Position numbers and translations under genes: made by a program. From positions 175,131-239,130 of the forward strand of contig CAXXMR010000019.1 in the NCBI GenBank assembly GCA_963663805.2: 64,000 nt of DNA, in the 5' to 3' direction. Within the stretch, counting starts at the first letter, position 1. The number at the start of each line of letters is the position of its first letter. This stretch comes from Sedimentisphaerales bacterium (GTDB lineage Bacteria; Planctomycetota; Phycisphaerae; Sedimentisphaerales; SM23-30). The notes beneath the pieces are model-generated. The model was not told the origin of the DNA, searched no databases, and saw nothing but the letters and a program-made list of their open reading frames with translations. This document shows, piece after piece, positions 18,667-29,859 of the stretch.

Positions 18667-21600
18667 ATGAATCTGAAACTCAAGTTTGTGATCATATTGG
18701 TGCTGGTAGGTCTTTGCGGGTGGGAAATACGTTCCAAAGACCGTTTGAAACCGGGTATCGACCTTGCTGGCGGTACCAGTATGCTTTATCAGATTGACAC
18801 CACGGGTCTGGACGACAGCCAGAAACGTGAGGTCGCCCAGAATATGATTCGTATTCTGCAGCAGCGTATCGATCCGGGCAGTAAGAAGAACCTGATATGG
18901 CGTGCCCATGGTACCGACCGTATCGAGATTCAGATGCCGCTACCCAAGAAGGAAACTCAGGCCCGTCGTGAAGTTTTCCAGGCGAATCTAGGGGTTATCG
19001 ACGAGCATAATCTCGACATGCGTCAGGTGCGTCGGGGCCTGGTTCGTCCGGCGAACAAGAGCGTTCAGGAATATCAGGCTTACCGTGATGAACAGTTTGG
19101 AAAGCTGGCCGGCGGCAATGACGTTCGTCAGGAATTGCTGAGTGAACTGTCTGCGACAAACGACCAGCTTCTGGGTGCTGAGGATATGCGTACCGCCGCT
19201 GCTGAAGCGGAACGTCTGGCGAAGAAAAAGCTGGAAGATTTGAAGATTAACGTTACGGCCGCGGCTCGTCTGGCTGGTCAATGGTCCGAGCTTGACGAGC
19301 CCAATAAGGCTGCCCGTCTGGAAAGTCTGGCCGGCGAAGATGATAACAAACAGCAGTTGCTGCGCAAGTATATTGATGCCCGTAACGAGCTGGCGGAATC
19401 GCGCACGTTGCTGACCGGTCCGGAAGGCTTGACGGCCCGTCGTGATAATTTATTGAGAGAGCTGGAACAAAGCAATCTTGATATTGATAAACTCAAGAAG
19501 ATTCTGGAGTCTCCTAGTGCGTTCAGTCGTCAGAAAGAAATTTCGGAACTTCAAAGTCAGTTCCCGCCCCTGAAGATGGCATTGGATGAGCTGGTTGTCT
19601 CTTACGATAATTACTCGAAGGTCGCGGGCCGTCTGGATGACCCGGAAGATTTGAAACGTCAGTTGCGTGGTTCGGGTGTATTAGAATTTCGCATTCTGCC
19701 GACGCCCCGCGGCGAGTCGCTGAGCGAAGCCGAAATCAAAAATTATATCGACCGCTTGCAGCAATACGGTCCCAACCCGGCCCGCAGCGGCGACGACCGT
19801 TATATCTGGTGTCAGATTCGCAACCCGGAAAGCTTCAAAGCAGAAGCAATTCGTTCGGAGTTTGCCGGTCTGGAATATGTGCTGGCCTCGAATCAGCCGG
19901 ATGAGATGATGCTGCATGACGCTTCAGCCGACGGCTGGAAGCTGAAGTCGGCTCGCTATGGGAGTGACTCGATAGGTAATCCTTCGGTTGATTTTCAATT
20001 TAATCAGATTGGTGCGGGGCGTTTTCTGAACCTCACCAAAAACAACCTGCAGCGACCTTTGTGTATTTTGCTGGACGGTCAGGCTTTTTCGGCCCCTAAT
20101 ATTCGCTCGGCAATCAGTCAGAGCGGTCAGATTACCGGCGACTTTACGATGCAGGAAGTACAGGACCTGATTGACAAGCTCAACGCCGGTTCACTGCCGG
20201 CACGTCTGGGCGATGAGCCTTTGAGTACAAACACCGTCGGCCCGACAATCGGTAAGGAAAATCTGGAAGCCGGTCGCAAGGCTGGTGTGTGGGGTCTGGT
20301 ATGTGTAGCGGTATTCATGCTGCTTTACTATCGCTTCGCTGGTACGCTGGCGAATTTGGCTTTGTTTATGAACCTGCTCATAATTCTGGGCGTAATGGCG
20401 TTCAGCCGGGCAACTTTTACCATGCCTGGTATCGCCGGTATCATTCTGACAATCGGTATGGCCGTTGATGCCAACGTACTGATTTTTGAACGTATCTATG
20501 AAGAACAAAAACGCGGCTCTTCTCTGCGAATCGCTTTGAAGAACGGTTATGACCGGGCGTTCCGGACGATTCTGGATGCCAACGTCACAACGTTCATTAC
20601 CGCGTTGATTCTTTACATGCGTGCCTCTGAGGAAGTCAAAGGTTTCGCTCTTACATTAATGATAGGTATCGTCAGCAGTATGTTCACCGCGTTGTTCGTA
20701 ACACATGCCGTGTTCGACCTGCTGATTGAGAAACGCTGGCTGAAAAACAAACTGAGCATGTCGCATGTTATCGGCGAGCCCAAAATTAACTGGATTGGCA
20801 TGCGACCGGTGCTGTGGACAATGTCGGCAGTGCTGGTAGTCGGTGGCTGGTTTGTATTTATGGGCCGCGACGAATCCACCAACAGTAAATACTCGATTGA
20901 GTTTACCGGCGGAACCAGTATCTATGTTAAGGTTACCGACGACTCCACGCGTGACGACATCGAAGAACTCATTCAGGCTGAAGGTGCCAAGATGGGCAAC
21001 GACCTGATTCAGGCTGCCCGCGTACAGCAGATTGGTGCCGCGGAAAATCGCGAGTTTGAGATTGTTACTACTGAAACCAACCGGGTAGATGTCAAGCTGA
21101 CTTTGCCCGAAGGTAAGAGTATGACGCGTGATGAACTCCAGGCGAAAATTCTGGCCCAGGCCGCGAAGATGGGCGACCGTCGTCTGGAACAAACGGTCGT
21201 AACCGGTACGGAAGTTCCGAATCAGTTTAATCTGGAAACCCGCCAGAACAATCATAATCGCGTTGCCGAAGCTCTGGTTGTAATAGCCGGTGCGGAAATT
21301 GAATATCAAATTGAAACCAACGATGTTGTGAACCAGGCGGTTCGCTCGGCACTAGAAGGCAAACTGGATGCTCAAAATAATCTGGTCCCTCAGAATGTTA
21401 AGGCTATACCAATCACCAGCGAGCTGATTAGTAATAAGCCTTATCTGCACGACTATAAGGGCGGTCTTTATCTGACATCTGATTTCGGTGCTGATAATAC
21501 CGAAACGATGGAGCGTCTGAAAAATCGCTTTAATCAGTTGCAGTTCTCGGCTGAGTTTGAGAAATACGGTACCGACGATTACAAGCTGTTCGCTCCGGAC

Positions 21601-22356
21601 GGCAAAGAACCAGCCGCTGCTGCCGCACTTAACAAGATTGAGGTAGCGGTAATTTCTGATGACATCCGCTATGAAGATGAAGACCTGGAAGCCTGGAATA
21701 CCTTCAGGGAAACCAAGCAGGAATGGTTCACCAACGGGTTACAACGTTCGACTTCACTGGACCGCGTATCGCAGATTGACCCGTCGGTTGGTCAAAAGAG
21801 TATGAACGACGCTATGGTGGCGATAGTGCTGTCACTGGCGGCTATCATTATCTACATCTGGGTGCGGTTTGGTAATGTCTGGTTCTCCCTGGCAGCGGTG
21901 GCGGCATTGGTACATGACGTGAGTATCGCGTTGGGTATGGTGGCGGCTTCGGCGTGGCTTTCGACGACCAGTATCGGCCAGGCATTGGGTATCTCGGACT
22001 TCAAGATCGACCTGCCCATGATCGCTGCATTTCTGACGGTTATCGGTTACTCACTGAACGATACCATCGTTGTGTTCGACCGGATTCGCGAAACCCGCGG
22101 CAAACTGGCGACGCTGTCGAAAGACATTATCAATGTTAGTATCAACCAGACGCTCTCGCGTACCCTGCTGACATCGGTGACCACCTTTATCGTGCTGCTC
22201 GTGATGTATATCTGGGGCGGCTCCGGCTTGCGGGGCTTCAACTACGTAATGATTATCGGTGTGATTGTGGGTACCTATTCCTCAATTGGCGTGGCTTCTC
22301 TGGTAGTTTACGGCACCAGAGTCGGCAAGGCCGGGGCGGCAGAGCAAAAATCCTAA
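18667..22356 (+). CDS. secDF: SecD-SecF fusion protein
   Basis: GIDLAGG, GMAVDANVLIFERI (SecD), SIEFTGG and GYSLNDTIVVFDRIRE (SecF). Confidence 0.95.
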   Translation: MNLKLKFVIILVLVGLCGWEIRSKDRLKPGIDLAGGTSMLYQIDTTGLDDSQKREVAQNMIRILQQRIDPGSKKNLIWRAHGTDRIEIQMPLPKKETQARREVFQANLGVIDEHNLDMRQVRRGLVRPANKSVQEYQAYRDEQFGKLAGGNDVRQELLSELSATNDQLLGAEDMRTAAAEAERLAKKKLEDLKINVTAAARLAGQWSELDEPNKAARLESLAGEDDNKQQLLRKYIDARNELAESRTLLTGPEGLTARRDNLLRELEQSNLDIDKLKKILESPSAFSRQKEISELQSQFPPLKMALDELVVSYDNYSKVAGRLDDPEDLKRQLRGSGVLEFRILPTPRGESLSEAEIKNYIDRLQQYGPNPARSGDDRYIWCQIRNPESFKAEAIRSEFAGLEYVLASNQPDEMMLHDASADGWKLKSARYGSDSIGNPSVDFQFNQIGAGRFLNLTKNNLQRPLCILLDGQAFSAPNIRSAISQSGQITGDFTMQEVQDLIDKLNAGSLPARLGDEPLSTNTVGPTIGKENLEAGRKAGVWGLVCVAVFMLLYYRFAGTLANLALFMNLLIILGVMAFSRATFTMPGIAGIILTIGMAVDANVLIFERIYEEQKRGSSLRIALKNGYDRAFRTILDANVTTFITALILYMRASEEVKGFALTLMIGIVSSMFTALFVTHAVFDLLIEKRWLKNKLSMSHVIGEPKINWIGMRPVLWTMSAVLVVGGWFVFMGRDESTNSKYSIEFTGGTSIYVKVTDDSTRDDIEELIQAEGAKMGNDLIQAARVQQIGAAENREFEIVTTETNRVDVKLTLPEGKSMTRDELQAKILAQAAKMGDRRLEQTVVTGTEVPNQFNLETRQNNHNRVAEALVVIAGAEIEYQIETNDVVNQAVRSALEGKLDAQNNLVPQNVKAIPITSELISNKPYLHDYKGGLYLTSDFGADNTETMERLKNRFNQLQFSAEFEKYGTDDYKLFAPDGKEPAAAAALNKIEVAVISDDIRYEDEDLEAWNTFRETKQEWFTNGLQRSTSLDRVSQIDPSVGQKSMNDAMVAIVLSLAAIIIYIWVRFGNVWFSLAAVAALVHDVSIALGMVAASAWLSTTSIGQALGISDFKIDLPMIAAFLTVIGYSLNDTIVVFDRIRETRGKLATLSKDIINVSINQTLSRTLLTSVTTFIVLLVMYIWGGSGLRGFNYVMIIGVIVGTYSSIGVASLVVYGTRVGKAGAAEQKS

Positions 22357-22360
22357 GCCC

Positions 22361-22389
22361 TTGACGGCTAAGGTAATTTAGTTTACACT
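22361..22389 (+). promoter_or_regulatory. Putative sigma70 promoter for the LysM gene
   Basis: TTGACG-17 bp-TACACT. Confidence 0.45.
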
Positions 22390-22391
22390 TG

Positions 22392-22427
22392 ACCGCGGTT
22401 GTGCTTTTGCCCAGCCGCGGTTTTTTT
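22392..22427 (+). terminator. Intrinsic terminator after secDF
   Basis: CCGCGGTTG...CAGCCGCGG stem followed by T7. Confidence 0.7.
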
Positions 22428-22480
22428 GTGGCTGGAAAGCCGCGAAATCTTAAATCAGGTTTTCATTCCGGAGGTGTCCG

Positions 22481-23014
22481 ATGAGTACGGAACTGAAAGT
22501 TGGCATTCTCGTGGGCGTTTTGTTAATCGCAATCGGGGCCATTTATTATTCCAGCAGCAATAACCAGGAATCTGAAAAGCCGTTAATTACAATGCCGGAC
22601 CCACAGCCGCAGCCGGCGGCTCAACCCATACCAGCGGTCAAACCGGAACCAGTTACTCCGGTGGTGGTTAAGCCCGCACCTGCCCCCAAGGGTGAGGTAG
22701 GCCCACTGGTGCCGCCCAGTAAAGATGAAGCACCCGCACAGTCGGAACCCACAGTTGCGGTGCCCCAGCCCCGCGAACCAGAAGCCGTCGTGCCCCAGCC
22801 CAAACCTGAACCCGCAAAGAAGGCTAGATATTACGAAGTGCAGGTTGGGGACACCCTGTATGACATCGCCGAAATTTATTACGGCCACGGGCGTTTCAGC
22901 AAGGATATCTACGAGGCTAACAAAAGTTTGATAAAAAATCCCGATGTGCTGGTAGTAGGCTGGAAATTGCGGATACCTTATCGAGAAGAGATATTGGAAA
23001 AGCAGGGACTCTAA
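22481..23014 (+). CDS. Membrane-anchored LysM-domain protein with a Pro-rich linker
   Basis: GGAGG RBS, N-terminal TM, and YEVQVGDTLYDIA...IYEAN...LRIP. Confidence 0.88.
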   Translation: MSTELKVGILVGVLLIAIGAIYYSSSNNQESEKPLITMPDPQPQPAAQPIPAVKPEPVTPVVVKPAPAPKGEVGPLVPPSKDEAPAQSEPTVAVPQPREPEAVVPQPKPEPAKKARYYEVQVGDTLYDIAEIYYGHGRFSKDIYEANKSLIKNPDVLVVGWKLRIPYREEILEKQGL

Positions 23015-24136
23015 TTACCTCTCCAGATAACGGCGATAAACATCCAGCGTTTTTCTCGCGGTGGCAGGCCACGAAAATTGCCGCGCCCGCTCCAGACATT
23101 TCTCGCGCACCCCGGAATCATTTACGTCTTGCTCTAAGGCGACTTTAAGTGTCGCGGTCATTTCCTCGACATTATAAGGGTCGAATAATCTGCCGGCTGT
23201 ACCGACAACTTCCGGGATAGCGGTAGCATTGGAACAGGCGACCGGAGTGCCGCAAGCCAGGGCCTCCAGAGGTGAAAAACCAAAGCCTTCATAGATGCTG
23301 GGCAAGACCAGCAGGGACGCAAGATTATAAAGGGCGGGCAGTTCCTCGAAATCCACCAGCCCCAGAAAATTTACTTTTGAAATAATGTTTAACTTTTCCG
23401 CAAGGCCGCGCAGCTGGTCGGTTTCAGGTGAAAACGGGCCAGTGAGCACCAGAGGGAATTTGTTCTGTAAATTTTGGGGCAATCCTGCGAACGCCTCAAA
23501 CAGCCGGGCCAGATTTTTGTGTATTTTATGGTTGCCGGTATAGAAAATGAAATTTTGGGGCAGCTCGTATTTTTCGCGAACAGCTTCCAGTTTTTCCGAG
23601 TCGGTAATCGGGCAATAATCATAAGAATAGCCTTGGGGCACAATATCAATCTTATCGGGGCTGATATTCAGATGCTCGATTATGTCGCGCTTGCTGCACT
23701 GCGAAATCGTAATGATTCGCGCGGCCCGGCGGGCGTTGCGGCCAATAATATATTTGAAATAAGCTCGTTTAAGAGGCGAACAATAATTAGGAACCGTCAA
23801 AGGGTGAAGGTCATGAATAGTAATAACTAACCGACGGCCTTTCCAGAGCAGCGGCATATCGAAATGAGGATAATGATAAATATCCGAATCGTCAGCGAGC
23901 GTGTGAAACTCCCAATGCTGTTTCAGGGACAGGCAAGTAGAATTCACCGGATAAAGCGATAATTCCGGTTCATTGATTTGCTGAATTATCTGCCGCTGAG
24001 TCGCGCACCAGGGGTTGTGATAGATGCGCCAGACATGCTGAGGTTCTTCATGTACAAGAGCTTGCAGAAGCTGGCGGGTATAAACTCCTCCCCCGCCGGG
24101 AAAATGTGCGAATCGCAAATCGAAGCTGATTTTCAT
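23015..24136 (-). CDS. Glycosyltransferase family 4
   Basis: TIHDL, HKNLARL and PSIYEGFGFSPLEALACGTPV. Confidence 0.92.
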   Translation of the reverse strand: MKISFDLRFAHFPGGGGVYTRQLLQALVHEEPQHVWRIYHNPWCATQRQIIQQINEPELSLYPVNSTCLSLKQHWEFHTLADDSDIYHYPHFDMPLLWKGRRLVITIHDLHPLTVPNYCSPLKRAYFKYIIGRNARRAARIITISQCSKRDIIEHLNISPDKIDIVPQGYSYDYCPITDSEKLEAVREKYELPQNFIFYTGNHKIHKNLARLFEAFAGLPQNLQNKFPLVLTGPFSPETDQLRGLAEKLNIISKVNFLGLVDFEELPALYNLASLLVLPSIYEGFGFSPLEALACGTPVACSNATAIPEVVGTAGRLFDPYNVEEMTATLKVALEQDVNDSGVREKCLERARQFSWPATARKTLDVYRRYLER

Positions 24137-24174
24137 AGTTTCGTAAACCGGGGGATTCAGATTGGCCTGATAAT

Positions 24175-24756
24175 CTAAGAACGCAGACTGACGGGCGGAC
24201 CGAGTATTTCGGAATAAACGACAGCACGAGCAAGTTCGTCCGGTTGATCGAGATTGAGCAGAGACCGTACTTGCGTATTTATCGACGTGGCAGGTTCCGG
24301 CTTGGTTTGGCGGCGAGTGCTTGAAGCAGATTTGGCAAACTGAACCGGTCGAGTCGTTGCGAGTCGCTGAGCTACCGGTTTAAGTTTGGGCTGAGGAACA
24401 GGCCGTTGATTTTTCGATATAAGATTTCGAGGCTTTGCGCTAATCTGAGGCTGAACAATACGCCGAGTAGTTTGCGAGGCCTGTTGGTGGCGAACTTGAG
24501 ACTGAACGGAAGTTGTGGGATGAACAGAATGTTTTACTGATGAAGCCGGCTCAGGATGGGCGAGCTTATCAAATTCTTCGCGAGCATACTTTTCAGCTTT
24601 CTTTTTTTCCTGCCAGGTGGTGACAAGTTTATTAAGGGCGCCCAGAGCCGCTAAAACAATAAAAGGCAGCAGACCTTTAATAGAATCCCAGGAGGAATTC
24701 CCGGAGTCATCTTTGATGTTCGCAGCAAATAGCTCATTTAACCATTCTGGCAGCAT
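24175..24756 (-). CDS. Hypothetical protein at the YqfB-like position of the nfeD-floA operon
   Basis: One TM, low-complexity middle, C-terminal LARAVVYSEILGPP. Confidence 0.7.
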   Translation of the reverse strand: MLPEWLNELFAANIKDDSGNSSWDSIKGLLPFIVLAALGALNKLVTTWQEKKKAEKYAREEFDKLAHPEPASSVKHSVHPTTSVQSQVRHQQASQTTRRIVQPQISAKPRNLISKNQRPVPQPKLKPVAQRLATTRPVQFAKSASSTRRQTKPEPATSINTQVRSLLNLDQPDELARAVVYSEILGPPVSLRS

Positions 24757-24836
24757 AGCAATTGCTTCCTTTGTATATCATAGTTAATTTAACAGGTCCG
24801 CCCCGGCGGGTGAGCCGGAGCGACCTGGTTAAGTGA

Positions 24837-25991
24837 TTACTGGTTGGGTTTTTCATTGGGTTTTTGTTTGGTGGAACCGCCGATGGCATCACGCATTGTA
24901 GTATCAGCGGCGAGATTCTTCATGCGATAATAATCCATAATGCCGAGATTTCCCTGGCGGAACGCTTCAGCCATAGCGCGGGGCACTTCGGCTTCAGCTT
25001 CGACAACCTTGGCCCGGTTTTCCTCGACCAGGGCCCGCATTTCCTGAGACCGGGCGACAGCCATCGCCCGACGACCTTCGGCCTCGGCCTGACGAAGCTG
25101 TTTGTCAGCGTCGGCACGTTCGGTCTCCAGCAGGGCGCCTACATTAGCAACATTACCGACGGCGGCAACACTGACATCGGCTATATCAATAGAGACGATC
25201 TCATAAGCTGTCTGAGCGTCGAGTCCGCTGCTGAGTACTTTTTTGGAAATGAGGTCGGGATTTTCGAGTACATCCTTATAAGTGGGCGATGAGCCGATGG
25301 CACTGACAATACCCTGTCCGACACGAGCAACAATAGTCTCTTCGGTGGCACCGCGGACGAGCTGTTCGATATTGGAACGAACAGTCACTCGCGCCCGCAC
25401 CAGCAAACGAATACCATCTTTGGCAACGGCATCAAGCATTGCCGGACCGGTCTGCTGGGAGGGACAGTCAATAATCTTGGGCTTAACGGTGGTCTGAACC
25501 GCTTCGAGAATGTCACGACCGGCCAGGTCAATCGCACGAGCGACATCCAGCGTTAGCGGGATTTTCGCACGATGAGCGGCAATCATGGCCTGCACGAGTT
25601 TGATGACATTACCACCGGCGAAATGATGAGCCTGGAGGTCTACGAAGCTGATACTAAGGCCGGCTTTGTAAGTAATGATAAGAGCGTTGACGCAAATCAT
25701 AACATCAGCCGGGTCGCGCCGAACCAGAAACACACTTTCCAGGTCGCGGGTGGCTAGGTCTTCCAGGCCGGCCTGCACCGCCGAGATGCGGGCACTGACA
25801 ATCAGATTGGGTTTCACCTTACGCAGCCACATCCCGAACAGGTCCAGAAACGACACGCTGGCACGGGACGACATTGCCTGAATCCACAAATTGAGGAACC
25901 GACCGACGATGAGTACAAAGGCCAAAACTGCCAGCAGGACGATCCCGATAAGAATTTTCAGGCCGACGGCCATCGCTAAAATCATGGTCAT
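24837..25991 (-). CDS. floA: Flotillin-like protein FloA (YqfA/UPF0365)
   Basis: [31 protein letters not shown] and GNLGIMDYY. Confidence 0.93.
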   Translation of the reverse strand: MTMILAMAVGLKILIGIVLLAVLAFVLIVGRFLNLWIQAMSSRASVSFLDLFGMWLRKVKPNLIVSARISAVQAGLEDLATRDLESVFLVRRDPADVMICVNALIITYKAGLSISFVDLQAHHFAGGNVIKLVQAMIAAHRAKIPLTLDVARAIDLAGRDILEAVQTTVKPKIIDCPSQQTGPAMLDAVAKDGIRLLVRARVTVRSNIEQLVRGATEETIVARVGQGIVSAIGSSPTYKDVLENPDLISKKVLSSGLDAQTAYEIVSIDIADVSVAAVGNVANVGALLETERADADKQLRQAEAEGRRAMAVARSQEMRALVEENRAKVVEAEAEVPRAMAEAFRQGNLGIMDYYRMKNLAADTTMRDAIGGSTKQKPNEKPNQ

Positions 25992-26009
25992 GTGATTTCT
26001 CCTTGTTTG

Positions 26010-26504
26010 TTATGATTGATTAGAAATATTGTCTACAACTATACTGTTTCCGTCGATTCTAACGACGGTGATTTCCATATTGTTATCAAGCATTTTGCCG
26101 CGACTTACTGCGCTGTAGCGCTTGCCGTCAATTACAATAGTACCTGAAGGACGCAGCGAGGTCACGGTTTTTCCGCTTTTGCCCAGCAGCGAACTAAAAT
26201 CCAGAGTCGAGACTCCGGCGGCTGAAGGCTCCGTCGGCTGAGCGGCGCGGGCCAGTATCATGCGCTTGCCGATGGGCGTATGCGGGAACATCTTCAGACC
26301 AAAGATTATAACCACCGGCACGGTTACCAGCACGATAGCCAGAAACAGCATCCCGGTGTTTTCCCCCTGCCTGAAGGCCAGCACTATCGAAACAACAAAA
26401 CCAGCCGTTGCCAGAAAACCCAGCACCCCGCCGCTGGGCAAAAAGGCCTCCAGCACCGCGAAAAATATCCCCAGCATCAAAAGTATTATAGCGTATGTCA
26501 GCAT
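26010..26504 (-). CDS. Short NfeD-family protein
   Basis: LEAFLPSGGVLG, TM segments and OB-fold LRPSG motif. Confidence 0.85.
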   Translation of the reverse strand: MLTYAIILLMLGIFFAVLEAFLPSGGVLGFLATAGFVVSIVLAFRQGENTGMLFLAIVLVTVPVVIIFGLKMFPHTPIGKRMILARAAQPTEPSAAGVSTLDFSSLLGKSGKTVTSLRPSGTIVIDGKRYSAVSRGKMLDNNMEITVVRIDGNSIVVDNISNQS

Positions 26505-28747
26505 TCTACCCTCATTACTACGATACTGTTACCTTCCATAGCGACCACCTCAATTTCCGAATCGGCATCGATAAACTCACCCCGCGCGACGACCTGAACC
26601 GGCTGATTATGGATAAAAGCGTTACCCGCCGGCCGCAAAACCGAAGTACTGCGACCCCGGTCACCAATTTTAATTTGAGCTTGTTCAACCGGCTCAGCGA
26701 TAAACTGGACAGCAGAGCTTGCCGCCTGAACCGACGGCTTCAAGATAAGCCTGTTGGCCAAAGGCAGATTAGGGAAAAACCTCGCCAGCAAACAGGCAAA
26801 AAACACAAACGCAATCACCGCCAGCATAGTCCACAACAAATGACTCTCAAAGAGCTGCCACTGCTGCTCGGTGTGCGGCATAGGAAACTCGTCCGGCGGA
26901 TTGCCAACCATCATCGCACCCAGAGCGAACATTACCATCAGAATACCGGCAATACCGGGGACGCCAAAACCGGGGATAACGAATATTTCCGCGGCGATAA
27001 GAAATATACCCATTACAAAAACCGCGATTTCCCACCAGTTCGCCATGCCGATAACAAACTTACTGCCAAAAAGTATCACCAAAGCAACTACCGCAACCGC
27101 ACCGGGCAAGCCCACACCGGGACTGTTCAGCTCAGCGTAAATACCAATCAACGCTACCATAAGCAGCAAACCCGCAACAGTAGGGCTGTTTATCCAGCGG
27201 ACCATTTCTTCCGACCAGTTGGTATGAACCTCGACAACCGGTCGCGGATATGTTACCTCGTCACGTTCTTCAAGAAACTTCAGCGCCCCCTCGCGGTCAT
27301 CAACAACCGCACGAGCAAAGCCATATTGATAAGCCTCCTCAGCATCCATAGTCAGCAGTTCATCGGCTTTGACAATCAACTTCTTACCCGGCAAATCATA
27401 CTTGAACGGGTCCGTCGGCATTTCGTCAGAGCGAAAATATTCATATTGACCGTCGCTGAGATTCTTGAGCTGCCAGACTTCCAGACCAACAGTTACCATA
27501 GCTTCACACAGAGCTTCGGGGTAATTATTGGCCTTGGCCGAAGCGCGAAAATTAGTCCGCAAAGGACTTTCAATTTTCTCCCGCTCGACCCCTTCGAGTT
27601 TACCGCCCATGGCAATCGGGGCACAGTCGCCCAGCACGGTTGATTTTTTCATAATAATGTCGTTACAGGCCACGCTAATCAGCGCCCCAGCCGAAATCGC
27701 CTTGGTCGGCACATAAGCAACCGTCAAAGCACGCGGCGAAACTTCGTGCATAAGATAACCCGAAATCTCCAAAGCGCTATCAACCCGACCACCATAGGTG
27801 TCGATTTCATAAATGATAGTCGTCGCCCCCTGATTGAGAGCGTCCTCGGTCCGCCGCTTGATAGATTGGTAAAGCCCTTGGTCAATCATATCGGCACAAA
27901 CAATAACCACCGCGCGAGGCGGCTTGTCGGTAACAAGCCTTTTGGGGGTATCAGATTTTTCTGTTGTGGCTTCCGGTTTAATTTCTATCGGAGACAACTT
28001 GAGTTTTTCAAGCAGTTCATCCGAATCCGAAGCGGCAATCTCAGCCAGCCCCAACTCCACCGCCTGCTGACCACTCAGCAGCAACGTCTCACTACTGGAA
28101 ACCAGAGGCCCGGAACCCACCATAGTCCAAGGCGTATTAGGCTCCTGCATCGCCTGCTCAAACCCCTTCTGGTCTACAGCTTTAGTCTTGCCCCCTCGCT
28201 TTATCAGATAGATAATATCGTTTTTGCGAACCATGGCACGTGCCCAGACAGTCTCGTGCCCACCGGCCTGAGCCAGAGTGACAGCTTTATTCAGCACCGC
28301 CTGTTCGTCAAGACCGGAGGCCGCGGGATTATCCATGACAATCTGGCCAATCTGAGCAAAATTATCAACCGCGATTTTCCGACACGCCAAAACCGCCAGA
28401 GGCATCATGCCGCGGGCCTGTTTGGGCACCCAGGCGATAGTGGTAACATTATCTTTCTGTTTCAGCAAAGCAATATCCCGGCCCAGGTCCGCGAAGGTGT
28501 CGAACGATTCACCTATGCCGTCAAATCGAAAAATAATCGTGTTAGCGTCATTTTCACGGGCAAGGGTGATTTGTCGTCTTACATTAAAAAGGGCATCGGT
28601 GGTTATATCCCCGCGAATATCTATAACGGCCGTAGAATAAGATTGGGCGGCCCAAAGAACAGGTCTTACCCCAAAAAACAGGCACGATAATAAAATCAGA
28701 GGTAAGCCCTTATTATTATAGAACATAGCTGCCTGCTCCAAAATCAA
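26498..28747 (-). CDS. Long NfeD-family protein with two ClpP/crotonase-like N-terminal domains
   Basis: IDTYGGRVDSA...AISAGALI, TM block with EIFVIPGFG, and C-terminal LRPAG. Confidence 0.88.
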   Translation of the reverse strand: MILEQAAMFYNNKGLPLILLSCLFFGVRPVLWAAQSYSTAVIDIRGDITTDALFNVRRQITLARENDANTIIFRFDGIGESFDTFADLGRDIALLKQKDNVTTIAWVPKQARGMMPLAVLACRKIAVDNFAQIGQIVMDNPAASGLDEQAVLNKAVTLAQAGGHETVWARAMVRKNDIIYLIKRGGKTKAVDQKGFEQAMQEPNTPWTMVGSGPLVSSSETLLLSGQQAVELGLAEIAASDSDELLEKLKLSPIEIKPEATTEKSDTPKRLVTDKPPRAVVIVCADMIDQGLYQSIKRRTEDALNQGATTIIYEIDTYGGRVDSALEISGYLMHEVSPRALTVAYVPTKAISAGALISVACNDIIMKKSTVLGDCAPIAMGGKLEGVEREKIESPLRTNFRASAKANNYPEALCEAMVTVGLEVWQLKNLSDGQYEYFRSDEMPTDPFKYDLPGKKLIVKADELLTMDAEEAYQYGFARAVVDDREGALKFLEERDEVTYPRPVVEVHTNWSEEMVRWINSPTVAGLLLMVALIGIYAELNSPGVGLPGAVAVVALVILFGSKFVIGMANWWEIAVFVMGIFLIAAEIFVIPGFGVPGIAGILMVMFALGAMMVGNPPDEFPMPHTEQQWQLFESHLLWTMLAVIAFVFFACLLARFFPNLPLANRLILKPSVQAASSAVQFIAEPVEQAQIKIGDRGRSTSVLRPAGNAFIHNQPVQVVARGEFIDADSEIEVVAMEGNSIVVMRVEC

Positions 28748-28986
28748 CCCTGTAAAAGTAAGATTGCTCCTTATTGTATAAGGTCCACACAGGTTATGGC
28801 AAGGGGAAATACCTCAAAACCCCCGGACTAGAACACGCTCCCCTCTTGCTGTTAAATTCTTTTCCCAATTGTAAAACGCTGACAAATTTGTTATAATCCC
28901 CCCTCGTGTTGACAGAATCGAAAAAAAGTCCAAATCAAGTTCGAAAAAACACTCTGACGCTCAGATATTAAGAGAGCGACAGACTT

Positions 28987-29337
28987 TTGACACTGGCGAC
29001 AATGTTGCGGAAAAATCTAAAAAAAACGGTTTCATCTATCCCTGCCGAATCTCTGGACGAGATAGAGCTGGCACGTCAGGACTTGATTCTGGCGGGACTG
29101 GAACATCTCCGACGCCAAAAACCCGGACCAAACCAGAAGGAATCTGCCCCTGCCAAAAACACGAAGACAGCCCCCCAAAACAACCCGCCTTCGGACCAGG
29201 CCAGAACACAACTTGATTTACCACAGGCATTTAAGAGAGAGCGAACAAAACCCCAGGACTGCCCTTTTGTAGCGCAGGTCATGCGGCAGATTGTCACTAC
29301 AGACATAGAAACACATCTGATCGACCGCTCAGAATAA
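28987..29337 (+). CDS. Hypothetical protein
   Basis: 116-aa ORF filling the gap; no recognisable motif. Confidence 0.45.
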   Translation: MTLATMLRKNLKKTVSSIPAESLDEIELARQDLILAGLEHLRRQKPGPNQKESAPAKNTKTAPQNNPPSDQARTQLDLPQAFKRERTKPQDCPFVAQVMRQIVTTDIETHLIDRSE

Positions 29338-29376
29338 TACAAATAGCGTGACTTCTTAAATCTATATCCTACCGGG

Positions 29377-29652
29377 CTACTCTACAACGGCTACGGAATT
29401 CAGCGTTCCAAATGAATTGGCTGAATGAGTGTGGTTTTCAGGGTCCAGCAGCCACTGGTCGTCCAGTTTAAACTTATATTGATGGCTTCCCGGTTCAATA
29501 GGAACAGTTACGGCATAGCTGCCGTTTTTCTGCTTACGCATCGTTACCGGTTCCCAATCATTGAAATCTCCGGCAAGACAAACCTTCTTAACCCCATTTG
29601 CGGGAGTAACCGAAAAACGCACGGTTCCTTTTTTCCGACCTTTTTTGAACAT
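29377..29652 (-). CDS. Stand-alone glycogen-binding (CBM48/AMPK-beta-like) domain protein
   Basis: VCLAGDFNDW...PGSHQYKFKLDDQWLLDP...NSV. Start placed at MFKKG. Confidence 0.88.
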   Translation of the reverse strand: MFKKGRKKGTVRFSVTPANGVKKVCLAGDFNDWEPVTMRKQKNGSYAVTVPIEPGSHQYKFKLDDQWLLDPENHTHSANSFGTLNSVAVVE

Positions 29653-29859
29653 AATATAACTCCGGCAGTGAAGCTCAATCGCATACCATATAATACAACC
29701 GTGTCTCAGGTTCTTTCGGTGAACCGAGGGACACCAAACCTTTATTAACCTTCCTGTCAGCCGAGCACTGAACTTGACACCTCTATTATTAGCCACGGCG
29801 GGAGTTCTTGTCAAGGAAGGCTTAGAAATTTCGGACGGCCCAATAACGTCGTCCCCTGC

